The position numbers and the translations under genes are program-made. From assembly GCF_009914755.1 (NCBI RefSeq), contig NC_060932.1: DNA of 64,000 bases, one strand, 5' to 3'. Positions 1-14,492 of this stretch are shown in pieces. How positions within the stretch are numbered: the first letter of the stretch is position 1; every line of letters begins with the position of its first letter. The notes under the pieces are model-generated. The model was given only the letters and a program-made list of their open reading frames with translations, ran no database searches and was not told where the DNA came from. This DNA is from the human T2T-CHM13v2.0 reference genome, Homo sapiens.

Positions 1-3000
1 TGGGCTAAACTCATCAATCAAAAGATGAAGAGTGGCTGAAAGGATTAAAAAAAAAAACAAGATTCCATGATCTGTTACCTACAAGAAACACACTTCATCT
101 ATAAAGATACACATAGACTGAAAATAAAGGGATGGAAGAAGATATTCCATGCTAATGGAAACCAAAAAAAAAAAGCAGAAATAGCTATACTTACATCAGA
201 CAAAATAGATTTCAAGACAAAAACTGTAAGGAGAGACAAAAAAAGGTCATTATATAAAGATAAGGGGGTCGATCTAACAACATGATATAATGATGGTAAA
301 TATATATGCACTCAACACTGCAGTACCCAGATATATAAAGCAAATATTATTAGAGCTAAAGAGAGAGATATTATTAGAGCTAAAGAGAGAGAGAGCTAAA
401 GAGAGATTATTAGAGCTAAAGAGACAGTAATAGGTGGAGACCTCAACACCCTACTTTCAGCACTGAACAGATCTCACAGAAAGAAACTCAAGAAAGAAGC
501 CTGAGACTTATTCTGCACTATAGAGCAAATAGAGCTAATAGATACTTAGAGAACATTTCATCTAAAGGCTGCAGAATACACATTTTTTTCTCCTCAGCAC
601 ATGGATCATTCTCAATGATACATCATATGTTAGGTTATAAAACAAGCATTAAAACATTCCAAAATATTGAAATAATATCAGCCATCTTCTCTGACCACAA
701 TGGAATAAAACTAGAAATCAACAATAAGAGGAATTTTGGAAACCATACAAATACATGGAAATTAAACAATATGCTCCTGAATGACCAGTGGGTCAAGGAA
801 AACATTAATAAGGAAATTGAAACATTTCTTGAAACAAATGAGAATGGAAACACAACATACCAAAAGCTGTGGGACAAAGCAAAGCAGTACAAAGAGGCAT
901 ATTTATAGCTATAAGTGCCTACATCAAAAAAGAAGAAAAACTTCATAAAAAACTACCTAATGATGCATCTTAAAGAACTAGAAAAGCAAGATCAAACCAA
1001 ACCCACAATTAGAAAAAAAGAAATAATAAAGATCAGAGTAGAAATAAATGAAATTAAAGTGAAGAAAACAATACAAAAGATCAATGAAACAAAAAGTTGG
1101 CTTTTTGAAAAGATATACAAAATTGACAAAACTTTAGCCAGAACAATAAAAAAAAAAATGGAGAGGACGCAAATAAAATCAGAGATGAAAAAGGAGACAT
1201 TACAACTGATACAGCAGAAATTTAAAGGATCATTAGTGGCTACTATGAACAACCATATGCCAATAAATTGGAAAATCTAGAGAAAAATGATACATTCCTA
1301 GACCCAGAGAACCTACCAAGATTAAACCATGAAGAAATTTAAAACCTGAACAGATCAGTAATGAGTAATGAGATAGAAGCTGTAATAAAAAGTCTCCCAG
1401 TAAAGAAAAGCCCAGGACCTGATGGATTCACTGCTGAATTCTACCAAATATTTAAAGTAAAATATGAATACTAGTCCTACTCAAACTACTCCAAAAAATA
1501 GAAGAGATAATACTTCAAAACTCATTCTATGAGGCCAGTATTACCCAGATACCAAAACTAAATTAAGATACATCAAAAAAAAAGAAAAAAGAAACCCTAT
1601 AGGCAATATCTCTGATGAATATTGATGCAAAAATTTTCAACAAAATACTAGCAAACCGAATTCAATGAAACATTAACAAGGTCATTTACAGCCAGGTGTC
1701 ATGATCACACCTGCAATCCCAGCACTTTGGGAGGCCAAGGTGGCTAGATTACTTGAGCTCAGGAGTTTGAGACCAGCCTGGGCAACATGGTGAGACCATG
1801 TCTCTACAAAAAGATACAAAAATTAGCCAGGCATGGTGACACATGCCTGTAGTCCTAGCTACTTGGGGGCTGAGGTGGGAGGATCATTTGAGTATGTGAG
1901 GCAGAGGTTGCAGTGAGCCATGTTCATGCCACTACCACTACAGCCTGAGCAACAAAGTAAAACCCTGTCTCAAAAAAAGAAAAGAAAAGAATTCATTATG
2001 AGCAAGTAAGATTTATCCCAGGGATGCAAAGATAGTTCAACATACACAAATCAATCAATGTGATACATTATATCAACAGAATGAAGGACAAAAACCGTAT
2101 GATCATTTCAATTGATGCTAAAAAGGTATTTCATAAAGTTAAATATTCCTTCATGATAAAAACCCTTTAAAAACCAGGTATAGAAGAAAGATACCTCAAC
2201 ATGATAAAAGCCATATATGACAGAGCCACAGCTAGTTTCATACTGAGTGGGGAAAAATTGAAAGCCTTTCATCTTAGATCTGGAACATGACAAAGAGGTC
2301 CACATTCATTATTGCTGTTTAGCATAGTGCTGGAAGTCTTAGCTAGAGCAATCAGACAAGAGAAAGAACTAAAGGGCATCCAGATTGGAAAGGAAGAAGT
2401 CAAATCATCCTTTTTCGCAGATGATATGATCTTATATTTGGAAAAACCTATAGGCTCCACTAAAAAAACTATTAGAACTGATAAACAAATTCAGTAAAGT
2501 TGAGGAATATAAATTCAACATACAAAAATCAGTGGCATTTCTATATGCCAACAGTGAACACTCTAAAATAGAAATTTAAAAATTAATCGCATTGACAATA
2601 GGGATAAAATAAAACATCTAGGAATTAACTTAACCAAAGAAGTGAAAGTTCTCTACAATAAAAACTATAAAACATTGATGAAAGAAATTGAAGAAGACAC
2701 CAAAAAAGTGAAAAGATATTCCATGTTCATGGATGGGAATAATTAAAATTGTTAAAATGTCTATACTCCCCAAAGCAATCTACAGATTCAATGCAATCCC
2801 TATCAAAACACCAATGACATTCTTCACAGTAAGAAAAAAAAATTCTAAAATTCATATGGAAGCACAAAAGACCCAGAATAACCAAAGCTATCCTCAGCAA
2901 AAAGAACAAAACCAGAAGAATCACATTACCTGACTCCAAATTAAACTGCAGAGCTATAGTAACCAAAACAACATGATACTGCCATAAAAACAGACCCATA

Positions 3001-4503
3001 ACCAAAGGAACAAAATAGAGAACCTAGAAACAAATCTATGTACCTACAGTGAACCATCTTTGACAAAGTTGCCAAGCACATACAATGGAGAAAGGACAGT
3101 CTCTTCAATAAATGGTGCTGGGAAAACTGGATATCCGTATCCAGGAGAATAAAACTAGACCCCTATCTCTTACCATATACAAAAATCAAATCAAAATCAT
3201 TTAAAGACTCAAATCTAAGGCCTCAAACTATGAAACTACTAAAATAAAACATTAAGAAAACTCTTCAGGACAATGGTCTGGGCAAAGATTTCTTCAGTAA
3301 ATACTCCACAAGCACTGGCAACTAAAGCAAAAATAGACAAATGGGATCGCATCAAGTTAAAAAGCTTCTTCACAGGAAAGGAAACAATCAACAAAGTGAA
3401 GACACAACCCACAGAATCTGAGAAAATATTTGCAAACTACCCATCTGAGAAGGGATTAATAACCAGAATATTTAAGAAGCTCAAATGACTATATAGAAAT
3501 AAATCTAATAATCTGATTGAAAATGGGCAAAAGATGTGAGTAGACATTTCTCAAAAGAAGACATACGAATAGCAAACAGACATATGAAAATGTGCTCAAC
3601 ATCACTGATCTTCTGAGAAATGCAAATCAAAACTACAATGAGATATTATCTCACCCCTGTTAAAATGGCTTATATCCAAGACAGGCAATAACACATGCTG
3701 GGGAGGATGCAGAGAAAAGGAGACTCTCATATGCCGTTGATGGGAATGTAAATTAGTACAATCACTCTGGAGAACAGTTTGGACCTTCCTCAAAAAACAA
3801 AAACTAGAGTTACCATATGATCCAGCAATCTCACTGCTGGGTATATACACCAAAAGGCAGGCAATCAGTATACCAAAGAGAGATTTAAGAACAAACATTG
3901 CAACACTGTTCACAATAGTCAAGATTTGGAAGCAAACTAAATGTCCATCAACAGATGAATGTATAAAGAAAATATCAAACATATACAAAATGGTATACTA
4001 TTCACCCGTTAAAAAAATGAATGAGATCCTATTATTTGCAAAAACATTAATGAAACTGGAGTTCATTATGTTAAGTGAAATAAGTCAGGAATAGAAACAC
4101 AAACATTTTATGTTTTCACTTACTTGTGGGATGTAAAAATCAAAACAGTTGAACACATAGAGATATAAGTATGCTACCTGAGACTGGGAAGGGTGGTGGG
4201 GGGTCTGGAGGAGAGGTAGGGATGGTTAATGGGCACATTTTAAAAAGCTAGAAAGAATGAATAATACCTAGCATTTGATAGCACAACAGGGTGACTACAG
4301 TCAAAATAATTTAATTGTACATTTTTTAAAAACTAAAAGAGTATAACTGGATTGCTTAGAACATGAAGGATAAATGCTTGAGAAGATGAATACTCCATTT
4401 TCCATTATGTGATTATTACACATTGCATGCCTGTATCAAAACATCTCATGTACCTTATAAATATACATACCTCCCATGTACTCATAAAAATAAAAAAATA
4501 AAA
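1..4503 (+). mobile_element. L1 (L1MA-like) ORF2 and 3'UTR, degraded; antisense to GSDMC
   Basis: Endonuclease peptide ICYLQETHF..., RT peptide [14 protein letters not shown]1MA-type 3'UTR and A-rich tail at ~4485-4503. Confidence 0.93.
1690..1990 (+). mobile_element. Alu (J-like) inserted in L1
   Basis: Dimeric Alu with A-tail; diverged, with ggaggatcatttgag. Confidence 0.88.
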
Positions 4504-4524
4504 AGACCAGGCTTTGGAACTCAC

Positions 4525-4569
4525 CATCTTGAAAGGTTCTCTGTTCATCATCATCTGAGATGAGAATGG
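4525..4569 (-). CDS. GSDMC: Gasdermin C 45-nt linker exon ((A)ILISDDDEQRTFQD); gene continues beyond position 1
   Basis: Acceptor cttttccattcag|CC, donor GATG|gtgagt. Phase 1 at both ends; last full codon is D240. Confidence 0.93.
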
Positions 4570-4639
4570 CTGAATGGAAAAGAAGAACTTCCATTAGGAG
4601 AGTTGAGGTTATTCCTGCCTGAGTCTTTCCCATAGCCTG

Positions 4640-4805
4640 AACCTAGACCAGGGAACCCCTTATATCAAAACCACTGGGATGCCTGTTAAATCTGACCACT
4701 GGCCTCACTCTGTGCCTTCTGAATCACTTTGAAAGGTGCCCTGGAACCTGCATTTAAATAAGCAATTTAGGTAATCACTTTGCCATCCAACTTTTGGAAA
4801 TTACC
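4640..4805. mobile_element. Probable MER5-type DNA transposon relic
   Basis: Motifs atcaaaaccactgggatgcctgttaaa...ctggaacctgcatttaaataagc resemble MER5. Confidence 0.45.
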
Positions 4806-6623
4806 TTGATAGAGTAAAGGAACTCAGCTCCCTTTGACCTTCACTAGGTAGAATTGCCTCTTGCTGCCCTTTTCTTACTGATCTGCCTTACTTACCACTC
4901 TCAATTTGGCATCTTCTTGGATGATTTCACATTCTGTGTAGAGAAATATGCTGAGGTCTGAAATTCACCTAACACTAGAGTGCAAGTGTTCAACAGGGGA
5001 AAGAGCCTATGAAGAAGACAAAAAGTTGTATAAGGGTTGAAAAGTGTGAACTGAATGAAGTTAGAGGAAAAGCTAGCCTCACAGCAGTGACTGCAAGTCA
5101 TGTTCTGACTACTAGCGGGGAGAGTGGCGCTCCTCTATGTCAGACGCCTCACTGTAAAATGGAGATGAGATCTTCTCTCCCTAGCTGATGCAAGGAGTGG
5201 AGATACATGCCCAGCAATGTAACTGACACCAATTCATCTTCACCCTCTCCAGTTCATCAGGATCTTTCCCCTAGCTTGACAACGGGCTCAAGTCTTCACC
5301 ATCTCATAAACCCCCTTCCCAAAGCTAAGTGTCCTCCTTTAGTTATCACCTCCTCCCACCTGTTGTCCCCTCACAGCCAACTTCCTTCAAGAATCAGCTA
5401 CACACTGGGTCCTCACTTCCCCTCTTTGCATTCACACTTCAACCACTGTAGTTTATTCTCCAAAGAATCCACCTGGCTTCAGTCACCAACGAATATTGAC
5501 CTGATTCTATCTGGATACTACCACATCATGTTCTGTAGGGTCTTCTTTTATCTGACCACATCATTTTCTGTTTGTTGTTGATGATGATGATATTTTGAAA
5601 CTAGAGCTCCTTTTCTTTTCCTTCTATGTTAAAATCATCTTATCATTCACCATGACCTTTGATAGTGCCACCATCTCCTGTTGCCCTCAGCAGGACTCTC
5701 TGACCTCTCCTGAGAGTGGGAATCCCATTCTCACCCCTTCTCCTCATTAGAGAGCTGCTTTGGATATGGTCAGTCTTTCCAGAAGCCAGAGTCCTCTAAC
5801 TGAAAGACTGGAGACAGTTCAGCCTCATTCTGTCTATGGCCACTGATGGGAGGTAACTGACATCAGGACACTCCCGTGACCATGTTGCAGTGAGGATACT
5901 ATAGGCAGTAGAGTGTGAGAGTGAGTGTGGGAGAAGGAGGAGCTGAACTCGATCTGTATTAAAATGAGCTCTAGCTGGGACTCAGCATTTGGGAAGGGAG
6001 AAAACAAGGACTCTGAGAGCCAGTTGTGTTCCCAGCACTCACTGTCACACCTAGGTATGCAACTGACACAGATGCTTCTGCCCACATGGAGTCTAAACCC
6101 AAAGTGTGTGTGGTCAGGAACTGTGCATTTTGAGGCTGATGAAGGAGGGAAAGATGTAGATAAAATTCTGACTTATGTTCTTAGGACATCGTGTCTGCAG
6201 TTTTGTTTGTGATTGTGATGTTGTTACCTCATAGGACCTTAATGTGGGGTTATGGGTAACCTTGGGTAAGCCTCTGTGGCTGATGAGTTGCTGAGGGTAC
6301 TTAAATGAATAAGGATGGTCAGGATTAGGGTTGGAATTTGCCCAGAGCTAACAACACTCCAAGATGAACAAGTTGGATTATTTTCCATGTACCAGACTGT
6401 CTGTATCTGTCAATAGCAGCATTTCACCCAGGCCATGCTTGGAGGTGCCTCTGTGTGGTGAGATGGGTGTGTGCCCTGGACAGTAAGAAATGTGCATGCT
6501 TCTCCTTGGATAGGCAGAGCATCAAAGGTTGCATACTATGGTTATTTTCCTCTCATTTCTCTCATAGGAGAAGCAGACACCCCCTCCACTGCCATCTGCC
6601 TTGCTGAGCTCCGCTGCTCCCAC

Positions 6624-6729
6624 CTTTCTCCTTGATAACCAGCTGCTTCCTCTTATAAGCCATCACCATGCCTTTCTGAAGAGTCAGCGCCTTCTTCTTC
6701 ACTCTGAGACTCTCTCCTTGGCCTTGACC
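6624..6729 (-). CDS. GSDMC: Gasdermin C coding exon, 106 nt (GQGQGESLRVKKKALTLQKGMVMAYKRKQLVIKEK)
   Basis: Acceptor tttctctccccag|GGT, donor AAAG|gtggga. In frame with upstream exons; peptide in ORF 6562..6750(-). Confidence 0.96.
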
Positions 6730-7568
6730 CTGGGGAGAGAAACCAGACAATACAGTATTAAATGTATGTAATTTTAAAGGTCAGATGGCTCTAGAAAGCT
6801 CATTAGGAAAAACATCAGCATTCCCTGCTCTCATCCTCCCTACTGCTGACTTCTGATTTCCAATCACTGCTCTTTCTTCCTTATTTCATCCTGTGCTCAT
6901 CTTCCCATTTTTCAATTTCATGTTGATATTGCAATGTTTTTATTTCTTTCCAGATTTAACTATTTATTCTCTCTTTTTGATTATGTTGAATTCGTTTTCC
7001 TTCTCTTTCATCATTCCTTATTTCCCTTCTCCCATCTTCCTAAAATATTAACATCCCCATGTTCAAGTTAATATTCACTGTTTATACTTGGGGAAAACTG
7101 CTTTTCCCCACTCCCGATCTTTCCTTTATCAGTTAATGTGATGTCCCTTTGCCTTGTCTGTCTCTTTACTCATTCTCTCCAGAGGAGATGGGGGACACAT
7201 TTTTTTGAGACCTTGTACATCTAAAGACATTTTTATTGTACCTCTCACACTTGATTGATATTTTGACTGGCCATAGAATTCTTGGCTGGAATTCTCTGGA
7301 ATATGACTTTATTTCCCTTTTAGAAATATTTATGGTTGTCTTTTTGAGGTAAGTGTTCTGAAAATTCACAGTTATGTTTTATGGGGTGGATCTATGTTGA
7401 CTCAAGAAACCATGCCTTCAGTGGACACTTTCATTCTGGAAACACATTCTTTGGGTCTCAGAACCTTCCTTGTATTTCCTCCTGAAAGATTTTCCACATT
7501 GCATTACGTCTTTGTTCTCCCCTTCTGGAACTCGTATTATTCAGGAGTAGTTAAATCTCCTCGACTGA

Positions 7569-7876
<308 letters not shown>

Positions 7877-8669
7877 CTCCAAATTTTTTTAATGAATATT
7901 CTCCTGTCTTTTTGCTTACTTTTTCCTGGAAATTTCTTCGATTTTGCTTTTTGACCCTTCTATTTAAGAAAAAGAATAATAAATTTCTACTACTCTATTT
8001 TTAATTTCTAAGAGCTATAAATATCCTTTTTGCAAAGCATTATTCTTCCATGAAAATAAAATATTATCTCTTAAAGAGGATCAAGTATTTCTTACCTTCC
8101 TATGTTGTTTTTGTTTCCTCTAATTTCCTAACTTCAAAGTGTTTTTGTTTTGGGTTTTAGGCTTTCCTCAAGTGTCTGTGATTTTTTTTTTCTGTTTTGT
8201 TAACGAGTGAAGCATGAAAGCTGTTAAATGTGCATAGGCAGGGCATGTTGAGTAGATGTTTCACTTTGGGGCAACCAGGCAGGGATTAAACTATCTCTTT
8301 GGGGTCTCCAGTGGTTGGGGTTTTTTTAGTTATTTCTTTTGTACTGGTTAATTTTCTTAGGAAATAATTCTTCAATCTCCCGCCTAGGCTGTGTGTTGTA
8401 GGGGTAGAAAGGGTAGAGATGTGATGCCTGGAGCTGAATGGGGAAAGGGGCTCAATGTCCCCACTCTCAATGAGGACTTGCACTTATTTTCCTTTTCCAT
8501 TATGGCTTCTCACTCCCACCCTTCACTGTAACTAGTCTTCCTAAATCTAGAACCCACAGGGAATAAGTTTTCCAGAAGGTCTTCTGCCAGAGTGGGTGAG
8601 GGTAGGTGCCTGGCTATGCAGAGGTGGGAAGGGATTTGGGCTCTGAGTGTTCCTTATAAAAATTCTCTG

Positions 8670-8772
8670 AAGTGATTATTACACATCGTATGGCTGTATC
8701 AAAATATCTCATGTACCCCATGAATGTATACATCTACCATATTCCCACACACATTTTTTAAAAAATTAAAAA
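8670..8772 (+). mobile_element. Short 5'-truncated L1MA 3' end
   Basis: gtgattattacacat...ctcatgtaccccat...A-tail, same terminus as 4409-4500. Confidence 0.75.
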
Positions 8773-9625
8773 GATTTCCAGTCGATATTCTTACTTGCAG
8801 TCCCACCTATCTTCAGAGGTAGCTAGTGCCTCCGATTCCTGAACCTTTTGGGGGTTCTTGTTTCTAGACTTTCTTCCCTGCTGCAGGTGGGGGTCCACTA
8901 TTCCTGCTTTCCAGGGTCTGTTACCATTTGTCCACTTTTTAGCAGTAACTCATTGGCATTGGGAAACTTAGTACACATATCGGGTTTCTTCTTTAGTTTT
9001 TAAAGCTCTTAAGTAAAGACAAATTACACAGACATATTGTAAAAGCACATTATAACACATATAAACTTTATAAGCCCTTGACCCATACTTAATCTGAATA
9101 GTTGATAAATGAATTTATTTATATTAAAAAATATTATACTTGGTTATTGTGAATGACTCATGTCAGTCACATGTGCTTGAAGATACTCTGATCTCACTCC
9201 TTGAAATATTTCTTATCAGGTTACCTTAGAGTTTAAAGTACTTTAACAACCGGGGTTTGGTATTAGTGGTCCCTCATTTCTTCCAGCCATAAAACTAGAC
9301 TGTATATAACACAGTGGCCACTCATTTGAATTCTGCAGAATTTATCATTTACCCAAAGCAAAACACAATACTAAATAATTAAATATATTTCTGATTTTGT
9401 CAATACTGTATGACCCCGTATAGTAAAACACTGTAACGGAGGATATTAGAATATACTCTCAGATCAGAAGTCAGGATACATCAACATGTAAGAAGGGGGA
9501 AATAATGACTCCATCCCTTGTAATCCCTGGAAATAGAGTCCAGAGCCCCCTAGGAAATGAAGCTTGGCTGCCAGGACTGGCTGTATTTTTTTGAATTTCA
9601 ATCCCACTTCAGGACAACTTTATAC

Positions 9626-9791
9626 CTTGCCATAGGTAATCCAAAGAGCAATTTTCCCTAAAATATTCACACTACTGCTATCGTACAGCACAGTATTGTT
9701 GATCAGTTCAACAGCCTCTGTCACCACGTACAGGTTGTCCCCTCTCCTCCGGCACTCCTTCAGAAATGATGGCTCTGGATCCAACAGTTTC
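9626..9791 (-). CDS. GSDMC: Gasdermin C coding exon, 166 nt (KLLDPEPSFLKECRRRGDNLYVVTEAVELINNTVLYDSSSVNILGKIALWITYGK)
   Basis: Hand-translated; not in the ORF track. Acceptor ccttccttaaatccccag|G, donor AAG|gtataa. Contains the gasdermin NLYVVTEA motif; cumulative CDS 570 nt. Confidence 0.96.
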
Positions 9792-12781
9792 CTGGGGATT
9801 TAAGGAAGGAGGACAAGAGTCAGAGTGGGAAAGTGATGGCTTTTCAGGTTACTCTGGGTGCCCTTCTCCCCAAGACCTGGGAGGGGTGCAATGGCTTTGG
9901 ACCCTGACAGGTAAGTCACCAATGGGTGGTAGGGCAGCAGAATGTTTTATCTGACATACAGGATAGAGGAGATCCCAATGATGGTGGTTCGGGTGTGAGA
10001 GTATATGTACCATATTGTTAAAGGCATCTGCATTTTACTAAATTATACTGGTCCTGTTAAGGGGTAACTTATAGAATTTTAGCACTAGGGTCTCTCAGAA
10101 AAAAAAGGGCTAGAAGCAGACAGGTCCAGATGATTGAGAACAGTCTTTAGGAGGTCCTGTTGTCAAAGCTGGGTATTCACACCGAACGTGTCAATTAGCA
10201 CAATCAGGGTGGGCTGGGGAGCAGACAGATAAAGTGGAATGAAGCGAGAAGACTCTGCATGATTTCATGACCGTTACGGATTTACTGTCCTTGGTGGGTG
10301 GATTGGTAGGGCTGACTTGATGATGTAGTTTCCAGGGATATATGAATGGTTTGAAGTACTGAAGGTAGATTTCATTTCTATTTCAGTTCTTTCTGAAGTT
10401 CAACCTTGATTCTACTCAAGGCACCCATGGAGTCAGTGTCCTAGATAACAGTCATGTGGAATATTGAGGGATTCTTAATTGGCTTTTCAGTAGAGAAGGT
10501 TACTGCGCACACAATATTAGGTTTTGTCATTGCTGTCTTCTTACCATGTCCTTAGATGCTATGTTATGTGACATCTACTTATCTTCCAAGCATCATGTTT
10601 TATCTCCTTTATCTTGGTTGTCTAAGCTTCCAACTCACTGACCTTGCCCCTTATCCTGAAAACACCAAGCTCGGTGTTTCACCCTTCATTAGAAGGGTAA
10701 GAGTAAGAGTTTTACTTTGGCAGCATCACCCCTCCCCCAGGCGCCACCACAACATGAATGGAGTTCCCCTGGGCCAATGAGCTCTTCAACGGGAAAAAGA
10801 GAGCCAAAGTAGATATCCAGCTTCAAACAGCGTTCCAAAGCGCATCCTAGGAGGTCCAGCTCTGTCCCATGTCACAGAGAACATTGAGGGCATCGGCAGG
10901 ACTAGACCACCTGCGGTCACCTAGAAGCAAAGAAGTGGTCAAGGCTTCAGCAATCACTGCATGGATCTTGGCAGTGACACTACATTCCTACTAGCAGTGG
11001 CACCCAATCAGAGAGACCAGCCAGCAACTTGCCTGCCTGCAGACCCAAGCCAACAAATTTGTCTGGCCAGGAAGTATGGTAGGCAGTTTCTGTCTGGCTT
11101 GCATCCTTAACCAGTGGTATAGCCTCCCTGTGGAGGTCAGCCTCAGAGCCCAACCTAAGTTCCTTGTGAGACAGGAAAGCCAGCCAGCAACCCTGCCTAA
11201 CTGTGGAGCACAGCCTCTGGCCCCAACTGACCAAGGATCCTCCACAACAACTCTGCCCAGCCTCAGGGCCAAGCCTAAGACTTTGCCCAAATAGGGAGGC
11301 CAGCCAGCAACCACACCTAACTGCAGAGCACAGCCTCTGGCCTGGCCTGACCAGGAAGTCCAAACAGTGACCCTTTCCAAATTCAGAGCCCAGCCCCAGG
11401 CCCCACTCAAGCAGAAAGTAAAGCTGGTGACTCTGCCTAACTGTGGAGCATAACCTGTTACCCTGCCTCATGAAGGAGCCTGATCAAGAACCCAACACAG
11501 CCTTGAAGCTCTGCCTGCAACCACACCCAAATGTGGGACACAGGCTACAAACCCAGCCAATCTGGGAGTTCATGGTGACCCTGACTGACCATGGAGCAAA
11601 CTGAGTAGCCCTACCTGGATCAAGTTCCCAGCCAGTGACCCAGCACAAACACACAGTTCAGCCTGTGTCCCTACCCAAACACGGAGCCCAGCCTGTGGCC
11701 TGCCCAACTACAAAGCACAGCCTGAGACCACCACCAATTACAAAACCTAGTCAGTGGCTCCATCTGAATATGGCATTCAGCCAGCATCACACCCAGTCAG
11801 GGAGCACTTCATGGGCCCCTACCCAACCAGGGAAAATTTCAGAGCCCAGCCTAAAGCCCTGCCCAATTATATACCCTGAACAACAGTACCACAAGGAGCA
11901 CAGGCTGCAACAACATCTGACAAGAGGTGATTGTGGGGTCCAGCCAGTGGTCCTACTTGACCACAAAGCCAGTCAAAATCCCCACCCTATGAAGGAGCCC
12001 AGCCAGTAGCCCCGCCTGAATGCAGAGCCCAGCCAAGAGCTCATCCTGATCATAGAACCCAGCCAGTGATCCAGCCCGACCATGGAGCACAGCCAGCAGT
12101 TCCACCTCAGAGTACGGGCAGTGGCCGCATCAACTAGCGAGTGTGAGCAGCAAGCCACACCTATTCATGAACACTAACAGCCAATCCATCTAGAACCAAA
12201 GGTTGGACTGACTGGTGAAGGTCTATCTCTACTGATATGAACCTGTTAAGGCTAGAAGAGGTGGCTGCTGCCTCAAAAGCACAAAAAGAAATGCAAGATA
12301 CAAGGATTATGAGGTATTAGGAAAATGTTATACCAACAAAGGAAACTAATAAAGCTCCAATGACTGACTCTAAAGAAATGGGAGATCTATAAACAAACTG
12401 ACAAAGAATTCAGAAGTTCAATGAACTACAAGAAAATACAGATAGACAACTAAACAAAATTAAGAAAACGATACACAAAATTAGTTCCACAAAGAAATAG
12501 AAACCATTTTTTAAAAATCCTGCAGATAAAGAATACAGTAACTAAACTGAAAAAAGTTTAGGAAAGTTTCAACAGCAGATTCAATCAAGCAAAAGGAAGA
12601 ATTAGTGGACTCAAAGACAATTTGAAATTAACCAGTCAAAGGGATAAAAAGAAAACAGAATGCAGAGTGAAAAAAGATATATGGCACTTATGGGACACCA
12701 TCAAGTGAAACAAAAAAAATATTCTCCAGAAACATAAGAGAGTGAGAAAGAGATAAAAAGCTTATTTGTAGAAATAATGAC

Positions 12782-13112
12782 AGCCAGGGCCAGTGGCTCA
12801 TACCTATAATCCCAGCACTTTGGGAGACCAAGGTTGGAGGATCACTTGTGTCCAGGAGTTCAAAACCAGTCTGAGAATAATATTGAGACCACATCTCTCC
12901 AAAAAATAAAAATTTAAGCAGGTTGGTGGCACACACCTGTAGTCCTAGCTACTCAGGAAGCTGAGGTGGGAGGATCACTTCAGCCCAGGAGGTAGAGGCT
13001 GCAGTGAGCCAGGATCTTGCCACTGCACTCCAGCCTGAGTGACAGGGCAAGACCCTGTCACAAAGGAAAGGAGAGGAGAGGAGAGGAGAGGAGAGGAGAG
13101 GAGAGGAGAGGA
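12782..13112 (+). mobile_element. AluJ-like with (GAGAG)n-converted tail
   Basis: Alu dimer followed by gagag pentamer repeats at ~13069-13112. Confidence 0.88.
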
Positions 13113-13383
13113 AAAAATGGAAACTCCCAAATTTTGAGAGAGAAGTGGGCATCAAAATTTGTGACACTAAAAATTTCCCAAATAGGTCGAACCCAAAAGG
13201 GTCTACACCAAGACACGTTATAATTAAATTATCAAAAGTCAAAGATAAAGAGAAAATATTGAGAGTAACAAGAGAAAAGCTACTCATTACATACAGGGGA
13301 GTATCTAAGAGACAATCGCAAATTGCTTAGGAGAAATCTGGCTAAGAAAGGATGATATATTCAAGATACTGAAAGAAAAAAAC

Positions 13384-13767
13384 TGTCTTAGTCTGTTTTC
13401 TGTTGCTATAAGAGAATATGACAGACTGGCTAAATTATATATAACTGAAGTTTATTTGGCTCATGATTTTGGAGGCTGGGAAGTCCTCAGAGCATGGCAC
13501 CAGTATTTGGTGAATGTCATCTCATGGAAGATGGTGAAAAGCAGAAGCAAACACACGAGACAAAGAGAATACAAGGGCTGAACTTCACCCTTTTGTCAAG
13601 AGCCCACTCCCACAAAAACTACCCAACTCCCACGATAATGATATTAATCCATTCATGAGGGCAGAGCACTTATGGCCCAATCACCTCTTAAAAGCCCCAC
13701 CTCTTAATACTGTTACAATGGCAACTAAATTTCATTAGGAGTTTTGGAGGGGACATTCAAACCACAG
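13384..13767 (-). mobile_element. MaLR (MST-type) solo LTR
   Basis: tgtcttagtctgttttctgttgctataa...gaggggacattcaaaccaca, typical MaLR LTR reverse complement. Confidence 0.8.
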
Positions 13768-14194
13768 AAACTGCCAAACAAGAATAAAAAACTCAGTTGT
13801 CCTTCAGAGATAAAAGAGAGATAAAGACTTTCCCAAACAAAAGCTGAGGAAGTTCACCACTAGATCTGCCTTACAAGAAATGCAAAAGGGAGTTCTTCAA
13901 GTTGAAATGAAAATATGTTAATTAACAACGTAAAACACATGAATGTGTAAAATTCATCAGTAAAGGAAAATATATAATCAGAGTCAGAATTCTGTAATAT
14001 TCTAAATGTGGTATATAAATGATTTTCAACTCTGGTATAAAAATGTTTTACGTATATTAAAAATAACTCTATAATAATTTCTTATTAGATATACAATATA
14101 AAAATATGTGAATCTTAATATCAATAACCTAAAATATCAATGAGGGGAAGAAGTAAAGCTATAATGCTTTTTATGCAATCAAAATTAAGCTGAA

Positions 14195-14492
<298 letters not shown>

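Noticed and set aside
343-425. Short repeats of attattagagctaaagagag (similar 20-25 bp duplications near 24115, 29450, 29545 and 38625)
   Set aside because: Ordinary slippage duplications in decayed L1; no unique spacers, so not CRISPR-like.
10980-12009. Overlapping 124-163 aa ORFs
   Set aside because: GC-rich tandem L1 5'UTR repeats with few stops; no recognisable protein.
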